Part shown: positions 39,155 through 52,400 of the stretch, piece after piece
Layout: every line of letters begins with the position of its first letter
Numbering within the stretch: the first letter of the stretch is position 1
Origin: Tubiluchus corallicola
Lineage: Eukaryota > Animalia > Priapulida
Direction: 5' to 3'
DNA: 64,000 nt
Assembly: GCA_030141605.1 (NCBI GenBank)
Contig: JAQGDQ010000246.1
Coordinates: 1 to 64,000 of the forward strand
Program-made: the position numbers and the translations under genes
The notes under the pieces: generated by a model
Seen by the model: the letters and a program-made list of their open reading frames with translations, nothing else
The model's database searches: none
Told to the model about the DNA's origin: nothing

Positions 39155-40929
39155 TGCTGTGCTTCATTGACAGTTCGAGAATTTATAAAAAAAGAAAGAA
39201 TTCTGTTAATTCATGCTATTAGTCTGTGATGACAGCTGTGGAATTGTAACTAAAGAATAATAATTGCGTAGGTGTATTTATTTTGTAATAAATGATCTTG
39301 CATGTTTCGCACTGGTCTGAACAAAGTTCTTACGTAGCACCTAGCATCCATTCTTAATTCAATTCAGTTTATTTCCTCCACAAGAAACAACAATTTCTGC
39401 GATTTTATAATGAAAAAAATTATGAAAACAATTGCGTTTGTTTTATGAAAATGTCATCACCCTGTAAATAAACTTGTACTTTTAATAAGGGGCAGCTGAC
39501 CAAGTGACCAATAGGTCTTTCGCTGCTCCTTCTCGGCTTAAATGAAATATGAAAATAATTAAGAGGAATTTTAAACTGCTAATGAAAAATAAATTGAATT
39601 GAATTGAATTTGAAATTGGGGAGACGAAGGGACCGTACGGTCATTAGGTCAGTTGCTCATGTAATAATATAATAATACTTTAATAACTTGTTGCACACAG
39701 TATTTTTAAAAATAAATGAAAATGATGACAAATATCTAATCATTGCACAAAAATACAAAACAAAATGAAAATCAAAACCTGCAAAAAAGTCAAACGAAAC
39801 TCTGAGTCAAAATTAATTGTGTGCCTGCAAACCAAAACCGTCCATAAGTCAGCATAGTTAAAACTACGTTATGATGCTTCGAAAATTTAGTCAAATGTCA
39901 ATTTTTCATATTTTATAAAAACCAGCGCTAAATATATTGGATTGTTATATTCTAGCACCAAATTATCAAGAAAGTGTTAAAAATGCTAAAAAAATTAATT
40001 CCAGTTTATTCTCCAGTTTTCATATTATCCAGTTTTCTGTCTAGAAACTAGTACTACAATTGTAAAAAACTCGCATTTTCAAACTCCGATAGTAGCTCCT
40101 CGAAGCTGTCATTTTGTTTGGGGTTTTTTCTCTTGCCAGGCCGAGATCTTCGTCAGGAAGGGCCATCTACTGGATTTAAACATATCTTCAATGTGCACTT
40201 GTGCAGCTTTTAAAGTCCATAACAACCAATATTTGTGTGGTTGCTAAGTGTTTTGTAAAAAAACACAACAAAAAACAATAGTAAACTTCAACAGCGATTT
40301 TCTCAAGATTATGTTTTACAGTGTGTAGCTCAACTTCAACGTGGATTATCTCAGCTTAGAAACAACATACAGTGATGAACTTGATATCAAAATTATCCCC
40401 ATGAAATGGAGATTTAGGATATGTGAATAACTAGGAAAACTTAATTGCCGACTTATGGACGATTTTGCTATGCACGGATGCAAATAAAGAACTTCGGCAA
40501 AAAACAAAGTAATAATTGAAACCGAACTAAAATTAATATAACAAAAAGAAGAATAATTTGTTGCCTTAATGTAAACAAAACTCAAACAAAAATCAAATAT
40601 ATGATTGAAGAACTTGATGAGTAAATACGACATGAATAGACTAGTATATAATAGCCTAATGGGTGAAGAATCCAAGTAATATCTAGCTCTATATATTAAG
40701 CAAATTACTTTCCTTATCTTATGCGAAACATTATGAATATGTGATTTTCGGAATCAGCCAATTCTCCTAAATATTTCAATTCATTTGCATGCTCAATAGT
40801 ATTAGTACCTATTTTAATATTAATATCAGCTTCATCTTAGACATAGACATAGACATTTTCTATTTATTTCCCCATTTACCTGGGAATACAAGATGAACTA
40901 TAATTGCTACAACTGATTAATAAATACGA

Positions 40930-42080
40930 TGAAAGATCACTTTAAGGTCAAATAGTCGATAATGCAAAATCTATTCACCATTCACCATTCTATTCACGGC
41001 CTGATTAACCATTGTCTTTTAAAAACCTTATGACTCTGGGATTGTCCCTGGCTTGACACTAACACTACCCTGATATACAAAGGCAAAGATTTACAGTCCT
41101 TACCTAAATCCTGTTGTCCCATTAGTTTAACCCCTGATACTGAGGAAGCACATGTTGCATTTTCTTTTGACCAATAATCTCATATCATTAAATCAGCATG
41201 GATTTCTGTTTAAGCGGTCTACTGTAACACTACTTTTACAATGTGTAAATATGTGGTCGAAATCCCTTGCTGAAATCCCTTGCGAAATCCGAAAGACAAA
41301 AGCCTTCCTTTTGATTGTGTGTATCTTGACTATGCTAGGGCATTCAACTCTGTCTCTCACATCATATTAATCTACAACTTGTCTCACCTGGTTTTGATGT
41401 TCATACTCTTCAGTGGCTGTCTGGATTTTTAACAAAGAGAAGGCAGCAAGTTGTACTTAATAGCATATCGTCTACCTGGACTGGGGTAGTGAGCGGAGTT
41501 GCCCAGGGCATGATCTTAGGACTGATTCTGTTCCTACTATGTATAAGTGACTCTACTAGTGCTGTATTAAATAATATTGTTTACAAGTATGCTGACGATG
41601 CCAAAGTGTTTAGGAAAACCACAACAACTGAAGATGCTGACCTATTACAAGCAGATCTCTCGAGCAAGTGAATGGTTTGTTGAGCGTAATCAATGTCAGT
41701 TTCCAAACCAAAGCTCGAGACTTCAGCTGTTTTCCTCCTTTGTAACGCCTATCCTAGAGTACGCAAGTTCAGTTTGCAAACCATATTACTTGAAAGACAT
41801 TGATGTGATGGAATCCGTACAAAGAACATTTTCGTGTAGGTATGGAGAAATCTTACTTATTCACAGCTACTGCAAAAACTTCACATATCATCACTGGAAG
41901 ACGAATGCTTACATGCTGATTTAGTTCATTCACTAAAATGTCATTCTCAGTTTTGATGATTCTTCAGCTGGGAGGCAGTAAGCCATACTGAGGGGGGGAA
42001 CAAACACGCCAGAAACTTCGTGAAGGTAGTTTTTCAGTTAGAATAGTGCCAGTTTGGAACGATTTGTGTCATTTTTACCC
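40930..42080 (+). mobile_element. Decayed CR1-like LINE reverse transcriptase fragment
   Basis: Broken frames contain NNLISLNQHGFL, SGVAQGMILGLILFLL, YADDAKV and FVTPILEYASSV..KDIDVMESVQR. Confidence 0.85.
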
Positions 42081-43409
42081 TAACATTATTGGTGCCAATT
42101 TTACTGGTGTTTTCATGCTTTTTGAAGGCCAGAAGTCTGCTGCAGTAATTCTGCTTTGTTTTTCCCTGGAGATCCGAGTAGTCATTGCCAAATGCAGGAG
42201 AAGCTTCGTTTTTCAGGACCCCGTTTAGGAAGCTTACATTGTTCCCCAAATTGATTGCTCCCTGATTGCTCTAACCATGGTGGCACTCCTTGGCACTTCA
42301 GCAAGTTGAGAGCTATGTCATTATTAGGACTACAATCTTGTATACGCGGTTGTGTAGTTAACATTTATGTGTTTTTATTGCAGTGACATTGATGTGATCC
42401 TTTATTAAGTCTAACCATTGAAGTCATTCATTTTTTTCATTGATCTGACAATTTGTGCACCTACATTATTTGTAATAAAATTTATATGGAATTGGCTGCT
42501 GAGTTACTTGCAGTGCAATGGTAACTTGTAACCACTGTAACACATATTTACAAAATAACTTATTTTTAATTATCATAAATGTTTACAGAGCTTTCATGTT
42601 ATAAAAGTGCTGAACAGTTTAATGTAAGAAAAGACACTATGAAGGGTTATTATTTATTAGCCACTTTGTCATTATTTTCCCTTCCTGGCAGAATTTTGTA
42701 ATTGTAATTGCAGATTTAATAAAACAAACTTCATGTTAAAAGCAAGAGAGTGCTGTTGTGAGGTTTATCATAATCACATAAAAAGATTAGCATTATCTTC
42801 TTAAATCCTCTTCAATTACATCTGTTGTGTTGAATTTGCCCTGTTGTATTTTCTTAACTGTCCAAGAATACTTAAAGCAGCTAAAACTCGAATTAGTACA
42901 TTTATTAGTAATTTATATTTGTTAAATGTCCAAAACTTGTGTAGTCTTTTTTGAGGTAGTTATCTGTTGATTCAACCTACTTAGGGTCATTTTTTTGATG
43001 TTTCCGAGTTGTGTCTTAATTTCACATTGATGAAATACTGTGTGCATTTTTCAAAGCAGGAAACATGTATGCTAGTGTTCTTTATTTTATCCTATGTGTA
43101 CAAGAGCAATATATTTTAAGCAGGACAAGCATATGCACACTATTCACACTTGTACTTGATGCACTTGTCTGCATAATTACTCTGAGTTTTATAGTGTTTT
43201 GGTGTCATATTTGTCAATAAGCAATTGCTTGCTTTAATATTTGCAATTGTATTGATGCAGTTTACATATTAGCACTATATGCCTAATTACCTAATTACCC
43301 AAATAAATGTCAGTTTACGAACGTTTGACTTGTTTGTTTGAATATTTTGCAGAGTGGTTTGCCAGGTCGTTGGTGGCATCAAAAGGTAAAGTATTATTCT
43401 TAAAGCAAA

Positions 43410-46400
43410 ATGGAAGGTGAAGAGCAGGTAAAAAATTCAATTGATGAAGAACAGCTGGTCAGTCGCATAATAGATGCCAGCCACAGTGAAATAGCAAGAG
43501 GTGCAGTAAATGATGAAGAAATTGGAAAAGCAGTCACAAGAAGCATAGAGATGCCAGTGCAGGAGCCATCATCCATTGCAGCCTGTTCTTCAGAAATAGT
43601 TATACAAGAACAGTTTTCTGATTCACATGACATAGCAGATCTTGCTCCTTTTGATGCCAGTCTTGGGGAAGAGAACATAGAGGTCTTTGCTAATGTTGAT
43701 AGTAACAATGACTCATTAGATGTTGTTGAGGTAAGTGTAACTTGTGTCAAATTTACAAGCTACTGGTATAATTAAAACTGTAGGCGATTTACACTCTTTT
43801 TTGTGTGTGAAATCTTGTGGTGAAGGAACAAATTTTTCGTCACTTCCTTGGCTATTTTGAAATTTAGTGCTTCCTCTAATAAGTATAGAGCTGTATTTTT
43901 GGTAGTAAACATTCAGTTGTGTGTTTAATCTGTTTTTGCATTTTCATTAATCATCTAGTTTAAAAGCATTACAAGTGCTAATGTTGTATGACTTATTATT
44001 GTTTTAATTATTTTCATTCTGCATAATTGACAAATTTCTGATTTTAGGCGAGCATACCCAATTATTTAATGAATTCAGAGCACGCCAATAAAATCTTACA
44101 CTTTTATATAAATTAATTCTTAAATGTCTTAATAGGAAGAAGTTGAGATTGAAACAACTATGCCAGAGTCTGCTGAAAAACACGAGGAGAGCTTGTACCT
44201 TATAACAGATGAAGGCAATTTTGAAAGAAACTATCAAAGTTCTATTCAGTCTGCAGACTTTAGCCATGCATTTGAAAAGTTTCTGCAGGATACCCAAGGG
44301 AAACAGACTCCCGAAAGTAATGTTGGTATGCCAAATACAGATAATATGTCTGTAGAAAGATTTAATGATCAGTTAAATTTAGATGTCGAGGAAAATGCAG
44401 TAACTGCTGTCAATGGTAGCAATAATGCATGTGAATTGAAAGGCTTTAACGAAGACCTTGATAATTTCGAAAAAGAAGAAAATTTGGTGCCGTGTAGTGG
44501 CAATGTAGAAGCAGACAAAATCATTGTGCATGAAGCAGACACTGATGCAACCAACACACCTGTTGAAAAACCTGATGCATTAGAGTCATTGCAAAACCAG
44601 ACTGTGGAAGTGCCCGAGACTTTGCTGTCAGTGCCACTTGATGAGGATCAGTCTCAACAAAGTAGCATTACAGACACGATTGAAAGACTGATGATGCCAC
44701 CACCAGATATTGTTGATGAAGATTCTCGATCTTCTTTCTCATCTCAGAGATCCAATCGATCTTCGAAAAGACGTGTGCCAGAAGATGAGGATACAAGTGA
44801 TATGTAAGATGTTTGATTTCGATCTGTAAGATTGCTTTTTTGTTTTAGCAAATATGGTTGCTTAATTACTAAAATGCATGTTTTACTTAATGTGGAAAAA
44901 TACGAATACTGCAGGAACAGTGCGATGCAAAATTAATGTAAAAGTCCAGTTTTACCATTGGTTTTTCACAAAAGTTCAGGGAACAGGTTCGAAATCAGTA
45001 TTTTGCGAGGAGTAATTAGACAATTTTACCTTTGCCCTAATTGTTTTCCCGACTATTCCGCACAGTTTTCTCATCATGTGACCTTCGAATATTGTTGTTA
45101 TCTCAGTAAGACTGGTGATCTGTTTTATACTTTATCAAGGGTGGATGTTTTTGTTGGAGCAGATTCTCTTGCTCTTGAAAGTTGTTTGTATCAGTATTGT
45201 CTCCTGAAAATTCTGCACATTTTTTTGCAAAAAAATGATGTTCTAGAGTTATGCACATTTGATCTCGGCACAGACTCATTAGCATACACCTCACAGTCTA
45301 CACTTTAAGCTATATAGTTCGATGGAATATACTATGCAGTCATAAGCGATACGAAAAAATGAGCTGTATAGTCAAAGGCCTAATTTTTTTCTTAAAATAG
45401 AAAAATATGCTTTTTAAAAGATATTTTAAACAGAAAATGTTTTCTTTTAGTTTGCGTAAATGCCAATTAAGAATTGGTTTTAGATAGTTGCCTTCTGATT
45501 AAAAAATCACAAATTTGTTTCGTGTTGTTTTTGTACATTCGTGCTTGCCCTCCCACCAGTATAACTCTAAGCAAAAGTTGTTTGCTAATCTTTCTATTAT
45601 GTATTTAAATTTATGCATATGTGAACAACTAGCTAGTACCCTCCAGTGAAGCGTATGCAGCATGGGGAAATATATGCATAAATGAGTTAGTGTTTCACAT
45701 CATGTGCTAAATCCACACATTAGCTGGAGTTTCAAACAAATAAAAATGTGCTAAAGCAGTGATTTACTGATCTGACCATTGATTTTAGATTTTTTTATTG
45801 CATGGCAAGTAAATTTGGCAGATTTGTTTACCAAGAAATTGCTTTTCGGTAGTAATAAGCAGCTGTGTATTAGATTTTATAATTAATTAGGTGTAAATGA
45901 AATCATTTCTTTTAATAAACACTGTGTAAACATTTAACAAATTTATTAAACGTGTCAACTGATAATGTCCCAAATGTATACCAAATCAAATCGGCCAATT
46001 TTTGTACTAGCAGCAGTCAAGGATTAAAACCTCAGTTAAAGAAACTGTAATTCTTTTGTAATTCCTTTAAAAACTTCAAATATCTATAAAGCTTTTAGTC
46101 CAGTACATGTGCTAGTAAGTAATTGGTTAAATTAGTCGGTATTTCTGTAGTGGTAATGTAAATCTGTTATGAACTGTGTGTGCTTGTTTCTGCAATGACA
46201 GCTGCAAAATTACATATTTTGAGTATGATAAACATCGGAAATGTGGTTTAGTCACAGATATTTTCGCTATGTCACCTAATGACTGCATAATGATAATACT
46301 TAGTGGAGTGTATATTCCTATGCAATGGTAATATCAGTAGTATCTGTCACTGAATTGCAATTTTCTGATAGCCGTGTTCTTGTTACTTAGCATTGTGAAT

Positions 46401-49400
46401 CTTGTTTAGGTTTGCTACACACATTTTGACAGGTTTATTGCGTAACAGTCTTAGAAAGTAAAATTTATTTCTTCTGGTGTCAGCAGATCATTTATTGGTC
46501 TGCATTGTTTATACTTATGTAAAATCAAAGTTACTGCAGTCATCTTAGGCTAGCATATGTTTAGTTTTTCGAAGCTACGTTATTTATTAGAAGTTAAATG
46601 TGCAGTTGCATTTGACTGTATGTGCAATTAGTTTCAATTTCATTACACTTGCATGGCTTAATTTTTCACAGAATCAACTCTTCATTACAAACTCTATCTA
46701 GTAATAATTTTGCAGGGTACTTACAAAATTCCCTGCTGAAAAATTGTTCGAATACCAGTGGCCAAACGTCAAAACTGGTGATTACTTTTTCCTACAAGAA
46801 CAAGTCAGTGAATATCTTGGCATCAAATCTTTTAAGAGAAAATATCCTGGTATGTGTGTTAATTTCTTTATCTTGCATTTGGTAAAAACTTAATGATATC
46901 AATTCAAATTAATGACACTGTCATATACATAGGAATTGTCGCATTAATAAACAAAGAAAGAACATGGATATACTAAACAATGATATCATCTTTATTAAAT
47001 TCCATTTGCTCTTCCTTTGTTTACTATAACAATACGAAAATCTTAAACTATGTTATTGTTGTTTACAAAATTTTCTTTGTGTCATTCAAACTGCGAGAGA
47101 TATTGGGAACAAACAAAAAGCAAAATTTCTTGTCAGAATATAAATACTTTTAGATTGGTAGATTTTTTCGACCTTTTTAGAGCTGACCAGACATCCTGTT
47201 GATGCTGTAGAACGAATGCATCTGTTGGGATGTGGCATGGTTACAGAAGGCCAGTGTGAAATGTATATGAGCCTGACAGCTGTAGGGAGTCAAGATATTT
47301 TGGATCTAATGCAGAAGGACTATCCAACTCATTATTTGGTATGTTCATTTTCTTATTTACCATTGGTGTGGATGAATTTTTCTTAGTGTTAAATTAAAAA
47401 ATGACAAAGTCCACAATTGCCTACTGGACTTTTGTGTATCAGCAAATTTATTTTTTGTGCTAACAAATTAGTGTAAATTTTTTCTACTTATCTACTTTGC
47501 AGGAGTACATGAAAGTTGTGAGAGAACGAGAACGGGAAAAAATTAGTGACCGAAACAAAGAATTTGGCCAGGTAAGAATACAATACTTTTGTAGATTACT
47601 AGTGTGACTGCAATTTTTCATTATTGTGCTTACAAATTTAGCACACTATAAGCTTGAATCCAGCAGGATCTACCTAATGTCGATGATTGTAGTGAAATCT
47701 GAACCTAATTCATTGTCAAAGCTTTATTTCTAAGAGGGGACAATAAACCGATAGAGATGTCGCAGTCATTTTTGGGATCCTGTCTCCACATTGATTTTTT
47801 TATATCTTAATAATTTATTTACTGGACCAGGAACAAAATTTAAGCACCTCTTGACCACTAATTAGTTTTTATTATTAATTGAAAATTGGTTCAATTTAAC
47901 TATCGATTTTCAACTTTTAATATTTCTAACATTTATAACAGTGCAAGAAGTGATCAAGATATATGTTTATAGTGGTAACTTTTGCCTTGGTCGCACTATT
48001 TGAAAATCTTGTTCCATTTGGCATTTTCATTTTTTCAGCAGCTTAATGGATTATTTGTAAAATTAGTACTACTCCGACAGAGGATATAAATAAACTCCTA
48101 GACATAATACTTAAGACAGCCATTCAACCCAAATAAACAACTGATAACTGACAAAAATACCCAAGGCACCAACGGGCCACAATGTCTATATGTCTCAGCA
48201 GTTTTCAAAAGTGCTGACTCCTCTGAAATGAGCTTGATATTATCTTTAATTTGCAAACGTAGCTGGTCATTGATTCCTGCACCAGGATGCCACAATTTGG
48301 CACTTGCGTAAAATTTCGAGATTTTTCAAACTACCAATTAATAATTTTATAACTTCTTATCAGTTTTTGATAAAATGTACATATTGGATTAAAAACAAAA
48401 ACTGAATTTATATCATGCAAAAAAGAGCAGTTTGTTCACATTCTCTGATAGCTAACTGACTTAACTGATGAAAACTGCCAACAGTATCAAAACACTAATA
48501 ATAACTTTTTTGAAGTTTTAAATAAAGTTCGTCACACTACATTCTTGATGCAGAATTAAACGATAGGGGCTTCTTAACATTTACTGTCCTGGTCGGGCTA
48601 CAGCATTATTAAGGAAAATTCTTTGAGAATACGGAGGAAGTAAGACAGCCTTCATTATATTTGAGTGTACATTCTGTTTTGCCAAGATAAATAGCCAAAG
48701 GTGGTATAGCAGTTCCAATTCCAGACAAGCAATTTACTTATCAGTGATCCATTCATTTACTAACCAGGATAAGCACTGCCTAATTTTGGCTGCCAAACAC
48801 ACACTATGGTCAGTTATCTCCTTGCCCGGCAATATCAGCAGTGATGTTTTAAAAACAAAGCTTGCCCTGTCTTGATAAAGACACTTACCAATAATTGATC
48901 ATACGTAATCAATGTGCGATTAGATTTTGCATTTTAGAAATGAGAACTTATTTTAAATGGAATCATAATAACAAGAATAACAGACGAAAATTTTAGTCAC
49001 CCTTTGTTAGCATTTTTATAATCGGAAATGTGAACTCTGATTTGTTTGAAAAGCAATTTATAATTGAAAAGCTGAATTGAGCAAATTAAGAAAGTCAGTC
49101 ATTAACGTCGACAATTGTAACCACTCTCAGGTATGAGCCCAGTCGTCACCTATTGCATAATAGAGCCATAAAACTTCAGATGAGACCAGAAGTGGAAGCC
49201 AAGCGATTTTGAAAAGCATGATGCATTTTGCCGATGCAGTTGTCTCTAAAGACTTATATACACCACACCTAAGGATTACATTAAGTTGCTTGCAAGGAGC
49301 AGCAAGACAGGAAAATGTAACAAAGAATGTAATCGAATGAACTGTAATAAAGAAGTAAATGACCCAAGTGACCCAACAAACAGTTGCCAAGTTTAGCATT

Positions 49401-52400
49401 GCTTAATTTTGATAGCTATTACATGACCACATAGATATTCGTCTCTCCCCATGATGAACAAATATGCCAAGTTTCACCACTCTGTTTCTTTTCTTCAATG
49501 GCATACGCTGCCAAGTTTCTTCTAATTGAAACAACAGTGCAAAAGTTCATTTCAACTTTTGCTGGTCACAACAGCAACAGGCACTTCGAGTAGCAACAAT
49601 AGTAACAACAACAATAACAAGATGATTAATTCTATGGCTGTTAATGGCTAATTTTCACTGAAGACATGTACTCAGTATTGGTGTACATGTATGCAAAGAT
49701 CAACATGGTTCGCTACCTAATCGCTCTGACATTACAAATCTACTTTTTTGCCATAAGGAGTTGACTAGTTTTTTATCATATGATCCACATCAATCAATAC
49801 AAGTAGTTAAAATAAACTAAAATATTTTCATTATACGGTTTTATTGCATGATGTCTAACTGCAATTTCGAAAGGATTTATTACATTTTCGGTGAATTTTA
49901 TTTTCTATGAAACAACGGTTCTAGAAAAGGTCCTTTTCTGAGAAATGCTGTCAGGCATTTGCTTACAAGTTAGGAAGCTAGAAACAACTATTACATATAC
50001 TAGGCTTTTTGTAAACTCATATTGTGTGAATACCTACATTAATCGCTAGTTTTTTACTGTTAAATCATGCCCAAGAAAATAATGGTTTAGTCCATAAACA
50101 TCAACTTACTGGCCTTTGGAACTTTTTTCTCACATTAATAAATCTTTGCTAAATTGAACTAATACAATAAGAAGCCATTAAACAATCAATCACATATTCT
50201 CCATTTTTATAGCTCGATATTGGAAGCACACAGTACAATATTTATACTTTTGGTTAAATTAATAAAAAAAATCCCACAACAAAAAATAAAGGCATACTTT
50301 TCAGTTCCTTGTTGTGTTTTTTTTATTTATTGTACCGATTATTGGCATTAAAAATTCTGTATTATTATATTAACTGTCTTTATGAATCAATTATTAATCA
50401 CTACGGACTCAATAATCTATTGACTTGTACTAATTCATTTATTCATCCTTTTATTTTTCTGACCATTTTCTTCAATTTTCTTGTTTTAACTACGATATCA
50501 TAATATGATCTGTTAAATTCATCTTTATATTTATTGATTCATGAATTTTATGGGATTGTAATTAGCCATAATTTAACACCAACAAACTGTCTACGTAAAT
50601 TTTCATTAGTTACGTTATAGTTTTATATTGAGATCCTGCTGTACTTTGTAGATAGCGGTTCCCGAACTTTATTACCTTACCGCCCGATTTCACTGTGCCA
50701 GATGAAACCGCCACTTATTTCAATTGCTCAAACTACGTTGATAAAAATAAACATGAAAATACGATCATTAAGCACGATTATCTTTTATTAACTGTCCTTG
50801 CTTGCAAAATTTACTTGTTGCATTAGGGCTTATTATTAGGGATTGGCTTGCTATTGTCCAGAGCAGTTTAACCGTAGTTCACTATTGAACAAAGCGATAA
50901 TTACGTCGCTTTTCAGCACTTAATTTTCATCGCACCATTATGGAAAATACCTGTTTGCATTGGTAAGTTAATGGGTGAGGCATTGGTAGTCTGATGGCCC
51001 TTTTTAATAATCGACTTTAAAAATGCTGTGAAATCATTCTTTTTTTGATTGGCCAGAAAGTCAACTATTCACGATATTCATGCATAACATTTGGACGTGA
51101 GTCACCACCGTGAACGAGCGAGTTAACCGCATGATTTGCCATTCGGCGCATTGTAGAATACTACAGAATAGCAAGTCTACGCCCAACAAGAGCGAATTTG
51201 CTTTTTTGGGAATGCCACTAATTATAATGCATCATTTGGCGCTCCCACCTTGCCAAAAAGCCGTCCGCGAATTGTCATACTTACCTGCTCGCCACCCATT
51301 AAAAATGCTTCGTGACCTAAATTGGGTTGCGATGCTGGGTTTGGCAACCACTACTTTTTAAGAACAGTAGCAGCAGTCGGATGGCAGCCTAGTCAAAACT
51401 GTACCCTCAATTACAATAAGATTGTGTCTAGCCACGTGAAACAAAAACCTATCAATATCCCACGGAGCTGCCAGACAGTTGAACACACTACGTTCTCCGC
51501 CTACTAATGTCAGTAATGTGTATCTCTTCATCTTTCCTGCTTTTCCTGATCGTATCTTTTCTTGTATGTGGACAAACATTGTCATTCCAAATCTGCCCTT
51601 GTCAATCTAGTCTAGTTAATAGTCACCATCTCTAAGGTGATTTAGCAATTAGCTGTTATAGGTCAGCTGCAAAGCCACTTTGTAGCTACTATTTCCCAGT
51701 ATGTTGTTAAGATACGCTGTGCCTAGTGTCAGATCGGTTCTGATAACTCCACAACTCGGTAAAACTGCACGCTGAATTTTTAAATGAGCTATTTCATTTA
51801 ATTATGACGTTGTAAATAAGTCATTTGAACGTTTCCAACTTTTGCCCTGCATAGTCAGACGGTTTTATTTTCGGCCACATGCATTTGTATGCGGGTAATC
51901 GACGGCGCATTAATATTATGTGCCATTTCTTATCTAACTTTAATTGACAACACTTTACATTAATCTATCAAAATAAACATTAGCTTGTAAGTACATGTAT
52001 TTAAAAAAACTTGATTAGTGTAACAAAATTGCCGTATACAGGCCTGTAACATTTGAGCACCTTTTGTCCTTATACTGTTGGATAAAACATTGATTTTTAT
52101 TTGCTATGACTTATTAAATTAATTATTGCAACTTAATATACTTTTGTAGTAAATAAGTTTCATAAATATCTTATGAATAATTATAATAAATTAAACAATT
52201 ATAGGAGCTTGCCTCAATGATTATAGCTTTCTGTTTGTTATTAAAATTCTGCAGTTTCTTTACCTTAAAGTTTAATTTTTTACCTGTTTATTTTCGTTGT
52301 TTATTATAGCACAAGGTTTAATTAAGTTTTTGTTTTTTATGCATTTATAATACCTACAGTTGCCTTTGCAGATTTTGTAATTCTAGCAAAACAATCACAA

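Noticed and set aside
40075-40183. Candidate upstream coding exon of the bZIP gene with a GC donor (..FEELLSEFEN|gcgagt)
   Set aside because: The frame that would join in phase has an upstream TGA and no ATG, and the two available ATGs are in other frames.
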